Positions 1 through 11,600 of a DNA stretch of 64,000 bases are shown one piece after another. The DNA lies in the NCBI GenBank assembly GCA_000002445.1, contig CM000208.1, forward strand, positions 3,936,001-4,000,000, in the 5' to 3' direction. Source of the stretch: Trypanosoma brucei (Eukaryota). Position numbers and translations under genes: made by a program. The notes beneath the pieces were generated by a model. The model was not told the origin of the DNA and ran no database searches. It saw only the letters and a list, made by a program, of their open reading frames with translations. The stretch's first letter is position 1. Each line of letters opens with the position of its first letter.

Positions 1-559
1 ATCATCTGCCGTAGATTTTGGCAGAAGACATATATGGGTAAGAACAATGTGTGACTGAAAGTGCCTTTTTTCGCCTTAGTTTTATCAATTCGCTCCGTCA
101 GTTTTGCGTTATCGACAGCCCTGATGGTAATCACTGGTTTTTAGACATCATATTGCTTTTCCAGTGTAACAACGCGTAAATCGTATGGTATCACTATACT
201 TTTTCTCTTCATAGGAATTCTCTGATAGTTCATGTGTTCTTTTCTCATCCCTTTTTCTTCTATATTACATTGCGTTTTGATAAGTAGTATCTCCTTACGC
301 TATTGCGGTGAACAGCGCATTTGTGACATTTCCTCCGTCTTCTATGCTGCGCCTCTTACTGATTGAGGACTCGAAATTCTTTCGTATGATGCTCTCCTGT
401 TCATTTCTGCTCTTGAAACTGCTGATAATCCATTTCACTTTCCCCATTTTCTTTTATTAAAATTTCATAATCGCTCACATGAATTGTTTTTTAACCGACT
501 TATTTCACTGAACATTTTCATTGTTTCCATCGCATCCATTTTACCTGCACTAACGGTCT

Positions 560-632
560 CCAAAACTGTTATTATTATAATATTATTATATACACGCTAA
601 CAACACACTTCTATCATTATTATTATTATAAA
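560..632 (-). repeat. VSG-associated 70-bp repeat, minus orientation, partial/degenerate
   Basis: tataatattattatatacacgctaacaacac is the reverse complement of the 70-bp core ...GTGTTGTGAGTGTGTATATACGAATATTATA, flanked by TTA/TAA triplets. Confidence 0.6.
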
Positions 633-817
633 GTCCCTAATATTTGTTTTTATTATAAATTTACTTAATATCTATAATTAAAAAAACAAAACAAATTAGA
701 ATATCACACATTTTTATATCCTATCATTCTTCTGCTTAACAACGACATGCCACTTTAATTCCAAATTTTAGATTTTATAATCCTTAAATTTCATTAATTT
801 ATTATTATTTAAAACAG

Positions 818-833
818 TGGTAAAATATATCAA
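818..833 (-). promoter_or_regulatory. VSG 3'UTR 16-mer (TGATATATTTTACCAC, 1 mismatch to TGATATATTTTAACAC) downstream of the minus-strand VSG
   Basis: Reverse complement of gtggtaaaatatatca, about 90 bp beyond the VSG stop. Confidence 0.7.
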
Positions 834-920
834 ATCTTAGAAAATTTATTAATTATAGGAAATTCAATCCAAATAATAATATTTAATAACTTTCATCAAA
901 TTGCACAAGAATCCTTAGAA

Positions 921-2448
921 TCATTTAAATGCTACAAAACTCACAAATGCAATCATCAGGGAAATTTTCTTATTGACAAGAAAACTGGAATCTTTGCAAG
1001 TTTCGCCCTCCCATTTACAATCCGGTGATTTGCAGTCTTTGTCTCCTTTACCTGCACATTTATCCTCTTTTTTGTTCTCTCCTCTGGCTTTTGTCTGGGT
1101 TTCTTGTTTTTCTACTGCTGTCGTATTCAATTTGCAGTGGGGACCATCTTTGTCATCGCTGCCTTTCCATTCGCAGGTCGGCTTTGCTTGCTTTCATGCC
1201 GCTGCTGTTTGTATTGTTTCGCAGTTTTTCTGCGCCTTTTTAGCCTCTGAATTTTTGTCTCCGCTCGCTGTGTTGCTTGGGGTCGGGACACTGGGGATCA
1301 GCTTCGATAGCTTGGCGTGTGCTTCATCTAGATTTGTAAGTTTTGTCAATTTTTCTGTGGTGACTGTAGCTTGCTGATTGTATTCGCTACGACTCCTCAG
1401 TTGCATCGCTACTGCACTTAGCTTCGCGATCCGTTTAACTTTTTCATCCGTTAGTTTGCTGTCTGTTGCTGCAGTTGCTATTTTTTCGCAGGCGCCGCTG
1501 CTGTTGCCGTTGCAACCAGTGCTGTCATATGGTCCAATATAGGCGTCCGTGCCTTGAACATATATGGCTGCTTTAGTTGAATCTAGTGCCGCGTAGATCC
1601 GCGCTGCTGTTATTGGCTCGTTTTCGATTACCGGACAATTTATTCAGACGTTTTTCCAGTTGACCGTTGAAACTATGCCGCCCGCCTGCCATTTAGGTTG
1701 CGTCGTCGTGTCGGCGGCGCAGGGGTGGACAGAACTTTTGGCGTTCGCTACTCTGCACACTCACGCGAAAGTTGCTGATACAGTTAATGTGGGATTTCTC
1801 GCAGCGCCACAGCCGCACACCGTGCTGTAGCCTGCTTTTGCTCGTATGTAGAGCTTGCCGCTTTCGCCGGAGTCGTCATAATCGGCGGTGCCGCCATAGA
1901 GTGCTGTTAAAAGCTCACCTTTTATCTTGGTGTCGTCGGCTGGGGTCTGCTTGTTGACTTTTTCAAAGTTTGAGTAGATCTCGAATGCTGCTTCCGCGTA
2001 TGCTGCAACTGCTGTCCGGAGCTGTGCTTTTGTCGCTTCGGTAACGTATTGAAGTGCGAGGCGCTCTTTGAGTGTCCTTTCTTCGTTGTTTTCCTGCAGT
2101 GCCTTTTCTGCTTCGGTCCAGACTTGCCATTTGTCTTTCCACTCAACCGGAAAGTTTTCGGTTGGTTTGGCTTTTGGTTTTTTGGCGCCTCCTTCGCCTT
2201 CTGGTGTGAAAAGTCTCCGCCATGCTGGGTCCGCTAGCGACATGTTTAACTTGTATAGTTCTAGTGGCGGCTTCGGTGAGTCAGTCAGTTTGGGTTCGAA
2301 TATTAAGGTGCATCGCCTAGCCAGAGGGCCTGGCAAAGTAGCGAGCCGTACACGACGTTGTCGCCCTCACTTACGGCGGCTGCTTGTTTTGACAGCTTTT
2401 CAGCTGCTACGAAAAACGCTATAGCCAAGATCGCTACTTTTTGCATTT
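921..2448 (-). pseudogene. VSG pseudogene (A-type N-domain; fragmented by frameshifts)
   Basis: ATG at 2446-2448 gives signal peptide MQKVAILAIAFFVAAEK, then stop after about 45 aa. N-domain ORF 1761-2336 contains INMSLADPAWRRLF and ELLTALYGG. The middle piece is 1194-1406. C-terminal ORF 921-1130 carries CKSPDCKWEGETCKDSSFLVNKKISLMIAFVSFVAF (GPI signal). Confidence 0.8.
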
Positions 2449-4069
2449 AAGAGTTTCTGGTCTTGGTGTTTTATTTCTTTGGTTGTGGTTTAAAAATAAC
2501 CGATTGATAAGGGTTATAGGGGGAGTGTGTTGTTTTTGTTTACGGCTTGATGTCTTATCCTGCCTTGGTTACTTTCAAGCACTTTCTCGGAGTTAACTGA
2601 CTATTTTTGAGGTTGCCAGCTGTCTTGCCGAGTTTAGTTAGTATTTTCTTTATTATACAGCGACGTTCACTGCGTTTGTTGCTGAAATTTTTCAATTTTG
2701 GTACGGCCATGCCTTGCCGGTTTTTTCAGTTATTAGATTAAGCTGAGTCATTAGGGGGTAGCCATGAACAGGAATCACTTTCTAATTCTCTTTGTCACTC
2801 AGATTCTTAAATTCTGTTGCGATTCTTTTGGAGTCTTCTTTGTGTTCACTTATATCCGCTGCTTCTCGTTTTGTCGTTAAGGTTTGATTTGTTTTACGAT
2901 TTGTCTGAGTGCTTTTATATGGTTGTAAAAAAGCACGCAGTTTCTTATTATAAAACGCAATATTTATTTCAACCTATACCATTAAACATATTTATATAAA
3001 ATAGTTTTCATTTATGGATTCAAATCGGTTCCATATGTCGCTAACTCACATACTATACTTTGAGTTGAAATAAACAAGTTTATCCGTTTTTACCCGTGTT
3101 CACGATTGGCATATTATTCCTGCTCTGAATTCTCTCCAACCGTATTTCGGCGCCGCTTGCAGCTCGATAATTTGTAGTCAGCTTTCACTTTTTTTCGTCT
3201 GTGTAGACTTCTTTATTGTTACCGGTGAACAACTACCATTCTTTTTCCTAATATTTAGTGACTTGTCACTAATTGTAGGTTATATGGTACCGCTATACCA
3301 CAAAGGAAATATTAGAGATTCGCCACTACTTCTCTCTATTTAATAAAGCTCTTATATTAGTTCTTATACCCTCTCTTTAAAGCCCTTTCCGTGTTTAGTA
3401 TCTTCCTTTTCTCTCCACAGTATCCAAATACTTGTCTTACTATTGAAGTTCTCCCCAGATAATATTATATTATTTCCAACAAATTTTGTCAATTAGTATT
3501 ACATCTGAGAAGAAAAATTTGATATTAATTTTCACCTACATAATTCCCTTCTCTTTTTCCTTTTCCTTCCGCAACTTCTTAATCACAGTTTGCTATTAGA
3601 ATTCTCAATCACGTTAAAAATTATAGCCCCAATCAATTAAGCTGCTTCTGCGTTTATCTATTTTTGAATGAAATACGTAGCATCATTGGCTATTTTATGC
3701 CTTCCCCATGTGCTACTTTTTTTCTGTTATACCGTGTATTCTTTCATTTTGGTCCGTATTTTGTTTCATAATTTTTCTCCTCTGTTTTCCTTTCTAACAA
3801 TGACGGAGCTAATACAGTTTATTTGTACACTGCATTCTGTTTTTTTCTCACATACGTATTCATCACATTGCCGTGTATGATGATTCACACATCTTCTTTG
3901 TGCTTGAAACTAAGAAATTACACCTTCTCTATTTCTTCGTTTATATGCACTTCCTTTCATAATATTCCTAGTTCTCTCTAAATTCCCTTCTTAATCGCTC
4001 ACTAACTTTTATTGAACCTTGTCATTGCTTTAAGTGATTCTATCTCGTCAGTCTATTGTGTTATCATTA

Positions 4070-4145
4070 CCACTCTTATTATAATATTAAACTGTACACA
4101 CTCACAACACACTCCTGTCATAACAATAATAATAATTATTTTTTT
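4070..4145 (-). repeat. 70-bp repeat, minus orientation
   Basis: Reverse complement contains GAGTGTGTTGTGAGTGTGTACAG...AATATTAT with a TTA tract. It lies upstream (on the minus strand) of VSG 921-2448. Confidence 0.65.
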
Positions 4146-4400
4146 TAGTAGAATAACCATAAGTTGCTCCTAATATCAAAGTATATAAAAAACATACTAA
4201 ATACGAATACTAATCAATTTTTATATTTTTTACTCTACTAATTTACACATATGGGCCGCATTCATAAACATTTTGCTAGTATTTAATTTTTTTATTTTTA
4301 CTAATAATACATTTTCAATAAAAAAGTATTGGAGCCATCAAATTATAGCAAATTCTTACACAAAATAAGTTTCTTACTTCGAAAAATGGAGATAAAATCC

Positions 4401-5859
4401 TTAAAACAGCAAGGCCACATAAGCAGCATCTATCAGATCCAATTTCTTGTTGACTAGAATAGAGGAATCTTTGCACTTGTTATCTTCCCATTTGCAACCA
4501 TCTTTGCAGTCCTCTTGTTTTTTCTTTTCGGAGCACTTTTAGTCAGTTTTTTTTCTCCTGCAGCTCCATCTTCTGTTCCTGCTGCTTTGGGTGCTTGTTC
4601 TGCTGCTTTTTTGTATCTAATGAGCATCTTTTGTCTTTTTCAGCCGCGGTTTCGTCCCACTTGCATGGGTCTTTGCAGTCGTGTTTTGATTGGTGTTTGT
4701 TACAGTCTGGTTCCTTTTTTTTCGGATGTGCTGTCTGGTCGCCTTCTATTTTTTGAAGCTGAGGCTGGTCTCCTTTGGCCGCCTTAAGATATTCCTGTAT
4801 CGCAATGCTGCGAAGTTGCCTTATTTCTGTTAGGGCTGCTATGTTTTGTGCTTTTTGGACTTTTGCTGTTTTCAGTTTGTCTGCGGCTTCCTGTAGCTTG
4901 GTTAGCCATGGTATCGTCATCTCGCCTCCGCCGTTGGCTTTGTACTTGACGCAGCCAGGGTTGGCGGCGCCGTTGCAGGTAGCCGCGTTTTTCGTGCCGA
5001 GTATTAAATTTTTCGCTTGGCTGCTGCCGGACTTGTCCTTTAAGCCGGTTATGAATGCTCCTATCGTTGCCTGTATTGCTGCTGCGCTAACTTTGGTCTT
5101 TCCGGCTGTTGGGCAGCCATCGAGTAGTTGTGCTGCGCATGTGTGGGCCGAGTTCTGATTCGTGTAGACACATACGCTGGCGCCGGCTGCTCCAAGGCAT
5201 TCGTCGGCATTGTTGCTCCCGCTGGTTGAGCTGCACAGGCAGACCATATCCGAGATCAGCGACATGCCCGGTTTGGCAGCCGCTGCCCCGGGTGCTGAGC
5301 ATGCGTTGGCCCCCGTCGCCCCGAAGCTTTCGCCTGCCGTCTGCGATAGCGATTTGGTCGGGCCGTAGAGTGCTGTCAGCAGCGCTTCTTCCACTTCCGT
5401 TTTCTTTAATGGTTTGTAATCTTCGCGTCTTTCTAGAGCCATCTCCAGGGTTCTATTTATTACAACTGCCGCTGTCTGCCGGGCGTGGCTGTTGAGCGGC
5501 CGGGTGATTTTCAGACCGTGGGCCTCAAGCTTATTTCCTGCAATCTGTTCTTTTGCTGCATGCCAGGCCGCGCGGTGCTTAACCCAATTTGCTTCTGTGA
5601 TCTTGTTATTTGGATCCTCCTTAAAGTCCTGGTTGTAGAAGTCGTCGTCTGCTACTGTTATATTTAGTTCTGTGAGCAAAGTTATTTCCTGACTTATAGC
5701 TGCGCCTTCGGTGTCTTCTGGCGTTTTTGGCTCCCCTCTTGCGATGTTTACAATTGCGCACAGGGTATGGTAGGCTGGTACGGCTTCATTGGCAGTTCCG
5801 CTGGCTTTGTACGCTAGTCGGGCAATGATCGCCAGCATTACAACAATGCTTGACTCCAT
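4401..5859 (-). pseudogene. VSG (A-type), near-intact; C-terminal GPI-signal exon out of frame
   Basis: 438-aa ORF 4543-5859 has a signal peptide, NITVADDDF, EEALLTALYGP, MVCLCSS, GCVKYKANGGGEMTIPW and CKDPCKWDE. The downstream frame 4401-4540 encodes KDGCKWEDNKCKDSSILVNKKLDLIDAAYVALLF*. The frame breaks at an A8 homopolymer with a TAA near 4540-4557. Confidence 0.8.
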
Positions 5860-8685
5860 TTTTACTGTTTATTGGCTGTGTTTTCTTCTTAGTGTTGATA
5901 AGGTAGCTGATGAGTTTCAAGGCTTCTTGGGGGGAAACTATAGGGGTTTTAACAGCCGGTTACGATGCGATATAGCATTACTAATTGTGTCTAAGCTTCT
6001 CACTGCTGAAGTAAGTTACTTTCCGTTGCCCGCGTCCGCTGATCTGTTGTTAGCTCGTGTTTATGTGTTTGAATGCTGCTGTTTAGTGGATTTATTTATT
6101 GGACTTGCTGTTGGTTGTTGAAATTAACTAAAAGTTGCGTGTTCTGTTCTATTATACCCATGTTGCAGCAGTTAAAACCCATTGGAGGCTCGTCTTCATG
6201 TCGACACAAACAAGTGCCGTTATGAGCTGTGAGAGAGGCCTTAACCAGGTGCCTGTAAAGCTGGGTGATTTTTTGTTTGGTATCTCCGTGAGGCGGCGGT
6301 TGGCTCAGCTTCATTTGTGCTTTGGAGTTGATAACCCGCCGAGTAGCACAACTTTTTTTGCATTCGCGTTTAGGGAAGCGAGTTAGTTGAGTTAAGTTTC
6401 CGGCCTGCTGTTGTTGGTGTCTTTGGGCTGCCTGACTCCGCTGTTTGTAGTATAGCCAAGTAAAACGTGCATTGGCTTTGTCCTTGGACTAGCAAGTACG
6501 GCGGATTTTTGGTGCTTTGCTTGATGCTGGAGGAAGCTATAAGGGAGATTAAATGGTTGCTGGAAGTGGCGATTCCTTAATAATTTTTCTTGTTTAACAT
6601 AGGTTTGATTTTACTGTCGTATATCACTTCACTTCAAATCTTTTAAATATGCCATGTAAGCTCCTCCTCCTAACCAATACTTATTATATTCTAAACGGTA
6701 ACGAAAAACTTGATTTTATCTAATAAATTTTCCAATTCTTTTAGGTAAAGAGTTGCTAAGACTCTGTATCTGTACGCAACCTTAAGATGCAGCCGCTTTT
6801 TTTACTCCTCTACCTTTTCCGTTTTGTTTCATTATCCTGCATGCTGTTAAATTGGTTAAATATGCCGCCACTTTCTCGCCCTTGGCTTGCGTGTGTCGGA
6901 CTTTTTGTAAGATACTCACTTTCAGATGTTTTGAATGTCACTTATCAACTATATTCCTCGACTTTGAACGCTGCGTATTTATGATAGTCGTTTGAGTGAG
7001 AATACTGCATTATTAAAAGGTTGTTTGAAAGCATATTAGATATAGAGTGTCCAGAAAACTACCGTTTCTTCCTTAGGGTAATGTCAGTGCCATCTTTTGA
7101 CATTATTTTTTATCGATTATGATAAAAGACTCGTTAATAAAAAATATAATTTTAAACCTTAAATAATTGTGTTTTTTATACGTTAAACCTATGAAAATGT
7201 ATATTTACTATATAGCCACAGAACAATTAAGAAAATGATTAAACATTTTCAAGATAAATTATGGTTTTCAAATAGTTTATATTTTCAATTCTAGTCTTCG
7301 CCGCCTCTTTGCCTCTATAAAAAGATGAATTATTGACTCCCCACAGAATATTAAAAGAATTATATTTAATTAATTTCGTATTAGTAAAGATAAAAAACAG
7401 CAAAAAATATATGTAGGCATATACTTAAATTATCACACTAATTGGGTGAGTTTTGCATATTATAAACTTACGAAGAGATTCGGTTCACCATAGAAACTGA
7501 CGCTAACCACGGTATAGATTTTGCTTATCGACGTGCTTTCACTCTTAAATCTAATTTATATTGGTCTATATTTAAATAATATATCCCTTTCATCGATTGG
7601 TAACTCTGATCTTTTAAATGGAAATACTTTTTACTTCATCTTAAAATTTTAAGCTTATAACTCGGTAATACTTTCATTTTGTGAACACCTTCCATTTTAT
7701 CCTAGAGTAATAATATAAGTCTCCAACTTTTTAAAGGGCATGACTTTTCTTCCGCTTTTTTATATCGTTGATGTTTTCAGCTGCTTGTCCTTGTTATTTT
7801 CAATATTGGTGTAAATTGAATTTTCCTTACTTTATTTTCCGGATACCTAATGTGTTCAAGTAAGGTCTCATCATATCTTATTCTTGTGCTGATCTGGTGT
7901 CCTTTAACTACAGATAACTTATCACTCTCATACCAATGCCTAATTTGAGATACTATTACTGGGTTTTTGTATTTCATGGACATGTGGCAACATTTGAAGT
8001 GATATTTTAAGCGATTTATGTGTTTTTACTCTTTTTTACTGTTCAAAGTAATCTATTATTAGCTCACCTATTAAAATTCTCCTCCCCATAATATCATTCT
8101 GTTTACAACAAACGATAGTGTTTATTTCTACATCTTATGAGAAGAAACCAAAGTTGTCCCATACTCACAGTCACCTAATCCATTCTTCTTTTGGTTTCCC
8201 CTTAACAACTGTTTATTTGGGACCGGCATCTTATTACAATTCGTGGGGAAACTATTTTCTAAGCTGTTTCATCTGCACGTTTGTTTGTGAAATATAGAGT
8301 ATATTTTCTTCCTGCGCCATTCTCTCCACCGCTTGCCTCTTGCGTATCCAGTTGGTTCATTCACTATTGATTTCTTCTTGCCGTTCGATTGATTCTATCC
8401 TCGCCCTAACTTTGCGACTTCATCTGCGCTGTGCAGTTGAAACTTCCTTTCCCTCATTATCCTCTCCATTACACCTTTGTGTAAGATAATTTGTGTCGTC
8501 ATGCTTATATTTAAAATTTTGCATATGCCGTGCCTCTCTATGTTTCTGCGTTTCCTTTAATAATATTCTTCGTGCTGTTACACCCCTCTTGTACTCACCA
8601 TCTTGCCTTCTTACTTTCACTGCGTACTTGTCATTTTTTAAACTATTTCCATATTGGATTATCATTTAGACTTCAAACACTAAAT

Positions 8686-8725
8686 ATTATAATATTATTA
8701 TATATATACTCACACCATGGTCCTA
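8686..8725 (-). repeat. Partial 70-bp repeat in minus orientation, abutting plus-oriented repeats (inversion junction)
   Basis: tataatattattatatatatactcacacc is the reverse complement of GGTGTGAGTATATATATAATAATATTATA. Confidence 0.5.
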
Positions 8726-8739
8726 TCATTTTTATTATT

Positions 8740-8770
<31 letters not shown>

Positions 8771-8945
8771 CTATTATTATTATTATAGAATAGTGTTGTG
8801 AGTGTGTGTATATACTAATATTATAACAAGAGCAGTAACAATAGTAATAATAATGATAATAATAATAATGATAATAATAATAGGAGACTGTTGTGAGTGT
8901 GTATATACAAATATTATAATAAGAGCATTGTTTAAGAATAAATGG
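8726..8945 (+). repeat. 70-bp repeats, plus orientation (about 2-3 units)
   Basis: TTA/TAA tracts followed by GAATAGTGTTGTGAGTGTGTGTATATACTAATATTATAACAAGAGCAG and GGAGACTGTTGTGAGTGTGTATATACAAATATTATAATAAGAGCA. Confidence 0.8.
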
Positions 8946-9867
8946 ACGAGAATAAAAAAACCCTTAAAGCGATATTTTTGTGCAATGGCAACAAGAGGGG
9001 GTGTGAGAGTAAGCACGAACAATATTATTAAAGGAAAGAGAGAAAAATGTAGACAAAACATGGTTAGTTTTAATTAAAAAACAAATGAACTGAAAATGCA
9101 CAGGAGATGATGGAGTGGACAGAGATGGAGAGATTTAGTGCTATGTACATGGCTAATAAACACTTTACGTTATGTGCTATGATAGTGCTCTACACAGGAA
9201 AAAAACAAATCAACAGTATTCACAGCCCCACAAAAAGGCGAAGGAGGAACCACAGATTCTCCATATTTTACTCAAAAAATAATAACTACAACTAGAGAGA
9301 TTATAACAACTGTGTTTTTTATTCTGCTTATGAATCCTGATGTCAAGCGCTTAAACAAGAAAGTAAGCGTTCATAGTGTGAATGCAGATTTTCCGTTAAT
9401 ATAAGGACATTATTTTTTTTGAAATTTTCTTCGTGCCTTCGTGAGAGTTTCCCCCCACTGGCGCGGCCATCAGCCATCACTGTAGAGCCCTGAGATGCTA
9501 TCGATCTGTCGACTGTGGCAGAGTCTCCCTTTTTTATTAAGCCTAACACACCCTCTATAATTTTTGTTGTAACTCCGCATTTGAATGGAATACAGCAGAT
9601 CGGGCGAGAAGCCACCCACCCCGGACTCTCCAAAAGATGTCAATTAGCAATCCTTTTGTTTTGATTTTTGTTATTCGTTTATTATTCTCTCCCTCTCCCT
9701 CTCTTTCTGTTTCTGTTGCTTGTTGACTGCATACCCCTCTCTGTCTCTGAGGGTGTCTGGACTATTCCTGCGTCCGGTGCTTTTCCTGCTAGCTCCACTC
9801 TCGGAAATAAGGGGGGAAGTTGCAGAAGGGAGAGTGAGTTGTATGACTGTTACATTAGGTGAGGACT

Positions 9868-10800
9868 TCACCTGCGGCCGGCTCCGTTCAACCGCAATGA
9901 GAAATTGCGCCAGCCTTTTAGAGAAACATACATCTTGCACACACACACACCTTCTACCGCAAACCTGACACGTAACTCCTTCAAACCGGGACAGCTCATT
10001 AAGTGCAGCGACGTTTCTTCGCAGTCGCCGCGTTGGCTGGTAACAGCGCGCTCTACCTTCATACCGTTCATCTTCTTTTGATGTAGGGTGAGGCCAGTTT
10101 TGCTAGCACACTGCCTTCCGCATGTCTGGCACACCAACATGGATGCGTTTGTATGCGGGGAATCAGTGGCACACAATTTTGTGCTTTTGCTGCATTTAAG
10201 CTCGACTCCCTCACCTTTGTGGAAAGCCTTACAATGTCGGATGAGGGAGTCCCTGCAACTGAGCACTTTTTGGCACACACCACACTGCACCTCGCCCTTC
10301 CCCGGGACGTTAACATTTCCCTCACGGGCACGCTTACGAGGGAATTGCACCACCACCACGGTACCGTCCTCAGTCACTATGCTTTTATGTTTGAATTTCT
10401 TGTGTAGTGACAGGGAAGAGCGTGTACCGAAGCTCGCCTCACACAGGTCACATTGAAACGGCAGCTTCCGTGTATCCTGAGAGGCTGGCGCTGCTGGGGC
10501 TCTACCATCTCCTTGCAATGAGTTTTCGTTCTCTCGCCCCCTTTTCACGCGGCAACTACCGCTGCCTATGCCATGTATTGTTCTAAGGTGGTGTAATAGT
10601 CGGCCTGGCACTGCGAATTTGGAGGCACAGAGGGTACAATGAAGCACCTGCAGTCTCATCGGGACTCGTGTGCTCGATGGTAGAGGAACGATCGCCACCA
10701 CTGGAGAGGGTTCCGGGGGGATGTCCACTGCAGGTGTTGCATCGCCGTATTTGATCCTCCGGAGGGCATCAGCTCGCACAAACCCATGTTTGTTTACCAT
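9868..10800 (-). pseudogene. ingi C-terminal C2H2 zinc-finger domain segment
   Basis: 310-aa ORF with repeated C-x2-C...H-x3-5-H fingers: CTLCASKF...HHLRTIH, CDLCEASF...HKKFKH, CGVCQKVL...HCKAFH, CQTCGRQC...HQKKMNG. Confidence 0.7.
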
Positions 10801-10805
10801 GTGCG

Positions 10806-11405
10806 TTACAGCACTCGAGCGGCATTGGTATGTGGCATCACATTCCGTACATTTGGTCGGTTCGGAGGTTTTCTGAAGAGTGCATGTCGCAACAGGTGGG
10901 GTTGTTTGTATTGTATTGTTGGTCCTATCGCTGCATGTTTCTGGTTACACCATCGGCACTGTGAGGGCACACTCGGGTTGATCTTTCGCAACATCCATCC
11001 ATAGTGTCTTGAAGACCCAACCCGAAAGCGTGCCAGTGCCGTTTCTTCTTCCCTCGGCAGTTCTTCTTTATGTTTTGTTGGAAAGTGGTTGCCCGTGATA
11101 CCAAACCTATGAGTGTTCTCATGGACTTCTTCCGACCTAAGCACTCGCTTCGCATAAGCAATGATGTCGGGGATCCATGTGTCTCGCAACTGTGGTAAAT
11201 CTGCGGCCTTTTTGGCCATTTCATCACAAACCTCATTCCGTTTCACGCCACAATGGCCAAACACAAATTGCAGTCGGATACGCACCTTCCTTCTCTGAAC
11301 TTGAAGCAGAAGCCTCCATAGTCGTCTTAGAATTGGGTCCGTTACGGCTAGGGGGCCTGTCTGCAGTGCTTTTAACATTGACAGCGAGTCAGAGAAGATG
11401 GACAA
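10806..11405 (-). pseudogene. ingi RNase H domain segment (frame-shifted relative to the RT ORF)
   Basis: 199-aa ORF with RLQFVFGHCGVKRNEVCDEMAKKAA, an RNase H-like motif of ingi/L1Tc elements. Confidence 0.7.
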
Positions 11406-11600
11406 CCTGCTCGGTGTGCTTCTGTATGCCGGAAGCCATTTCAGCAGCCGTTGCAGTCCTATCTCTAATGCTACGCATTCCGCTCTGTAACTGCATTAGA
11501 GTTCCCCTGCTCCGGTTTTGGGTGCGCAAATCAGTGTATTGTTTCTATAGAGCAGGGCAGCTGCTCCGGACTCCTCACCGAGGGACACGGATCCATCAGT

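Noticed and set aside
973-1377. Antisense ORFs overlapping VSG C-terminal regions (973-1377 +, 1025-1243 +, 14839-15396 -, 24157-24446 -, 32866-33261 -, 36943-37449 -, 28078-28693 -)
   Set aside because: They share recurring peptides (e.g. VVFNLQWGPSLSS, SHLQSGDLQS) only because they are the reverse complement of the conserved VSG CKWE/CKLNTTA C-domain sequence. The sense strand carries clear VSG homology.
9343-9633. 96-aa ORF on the minus strand
   Set aside because: It lies inside the 3' RIME-like terminal region of the ingi element, downstream of the zinc-finger ORF stop. It has no homology features and is most likely non-coding.
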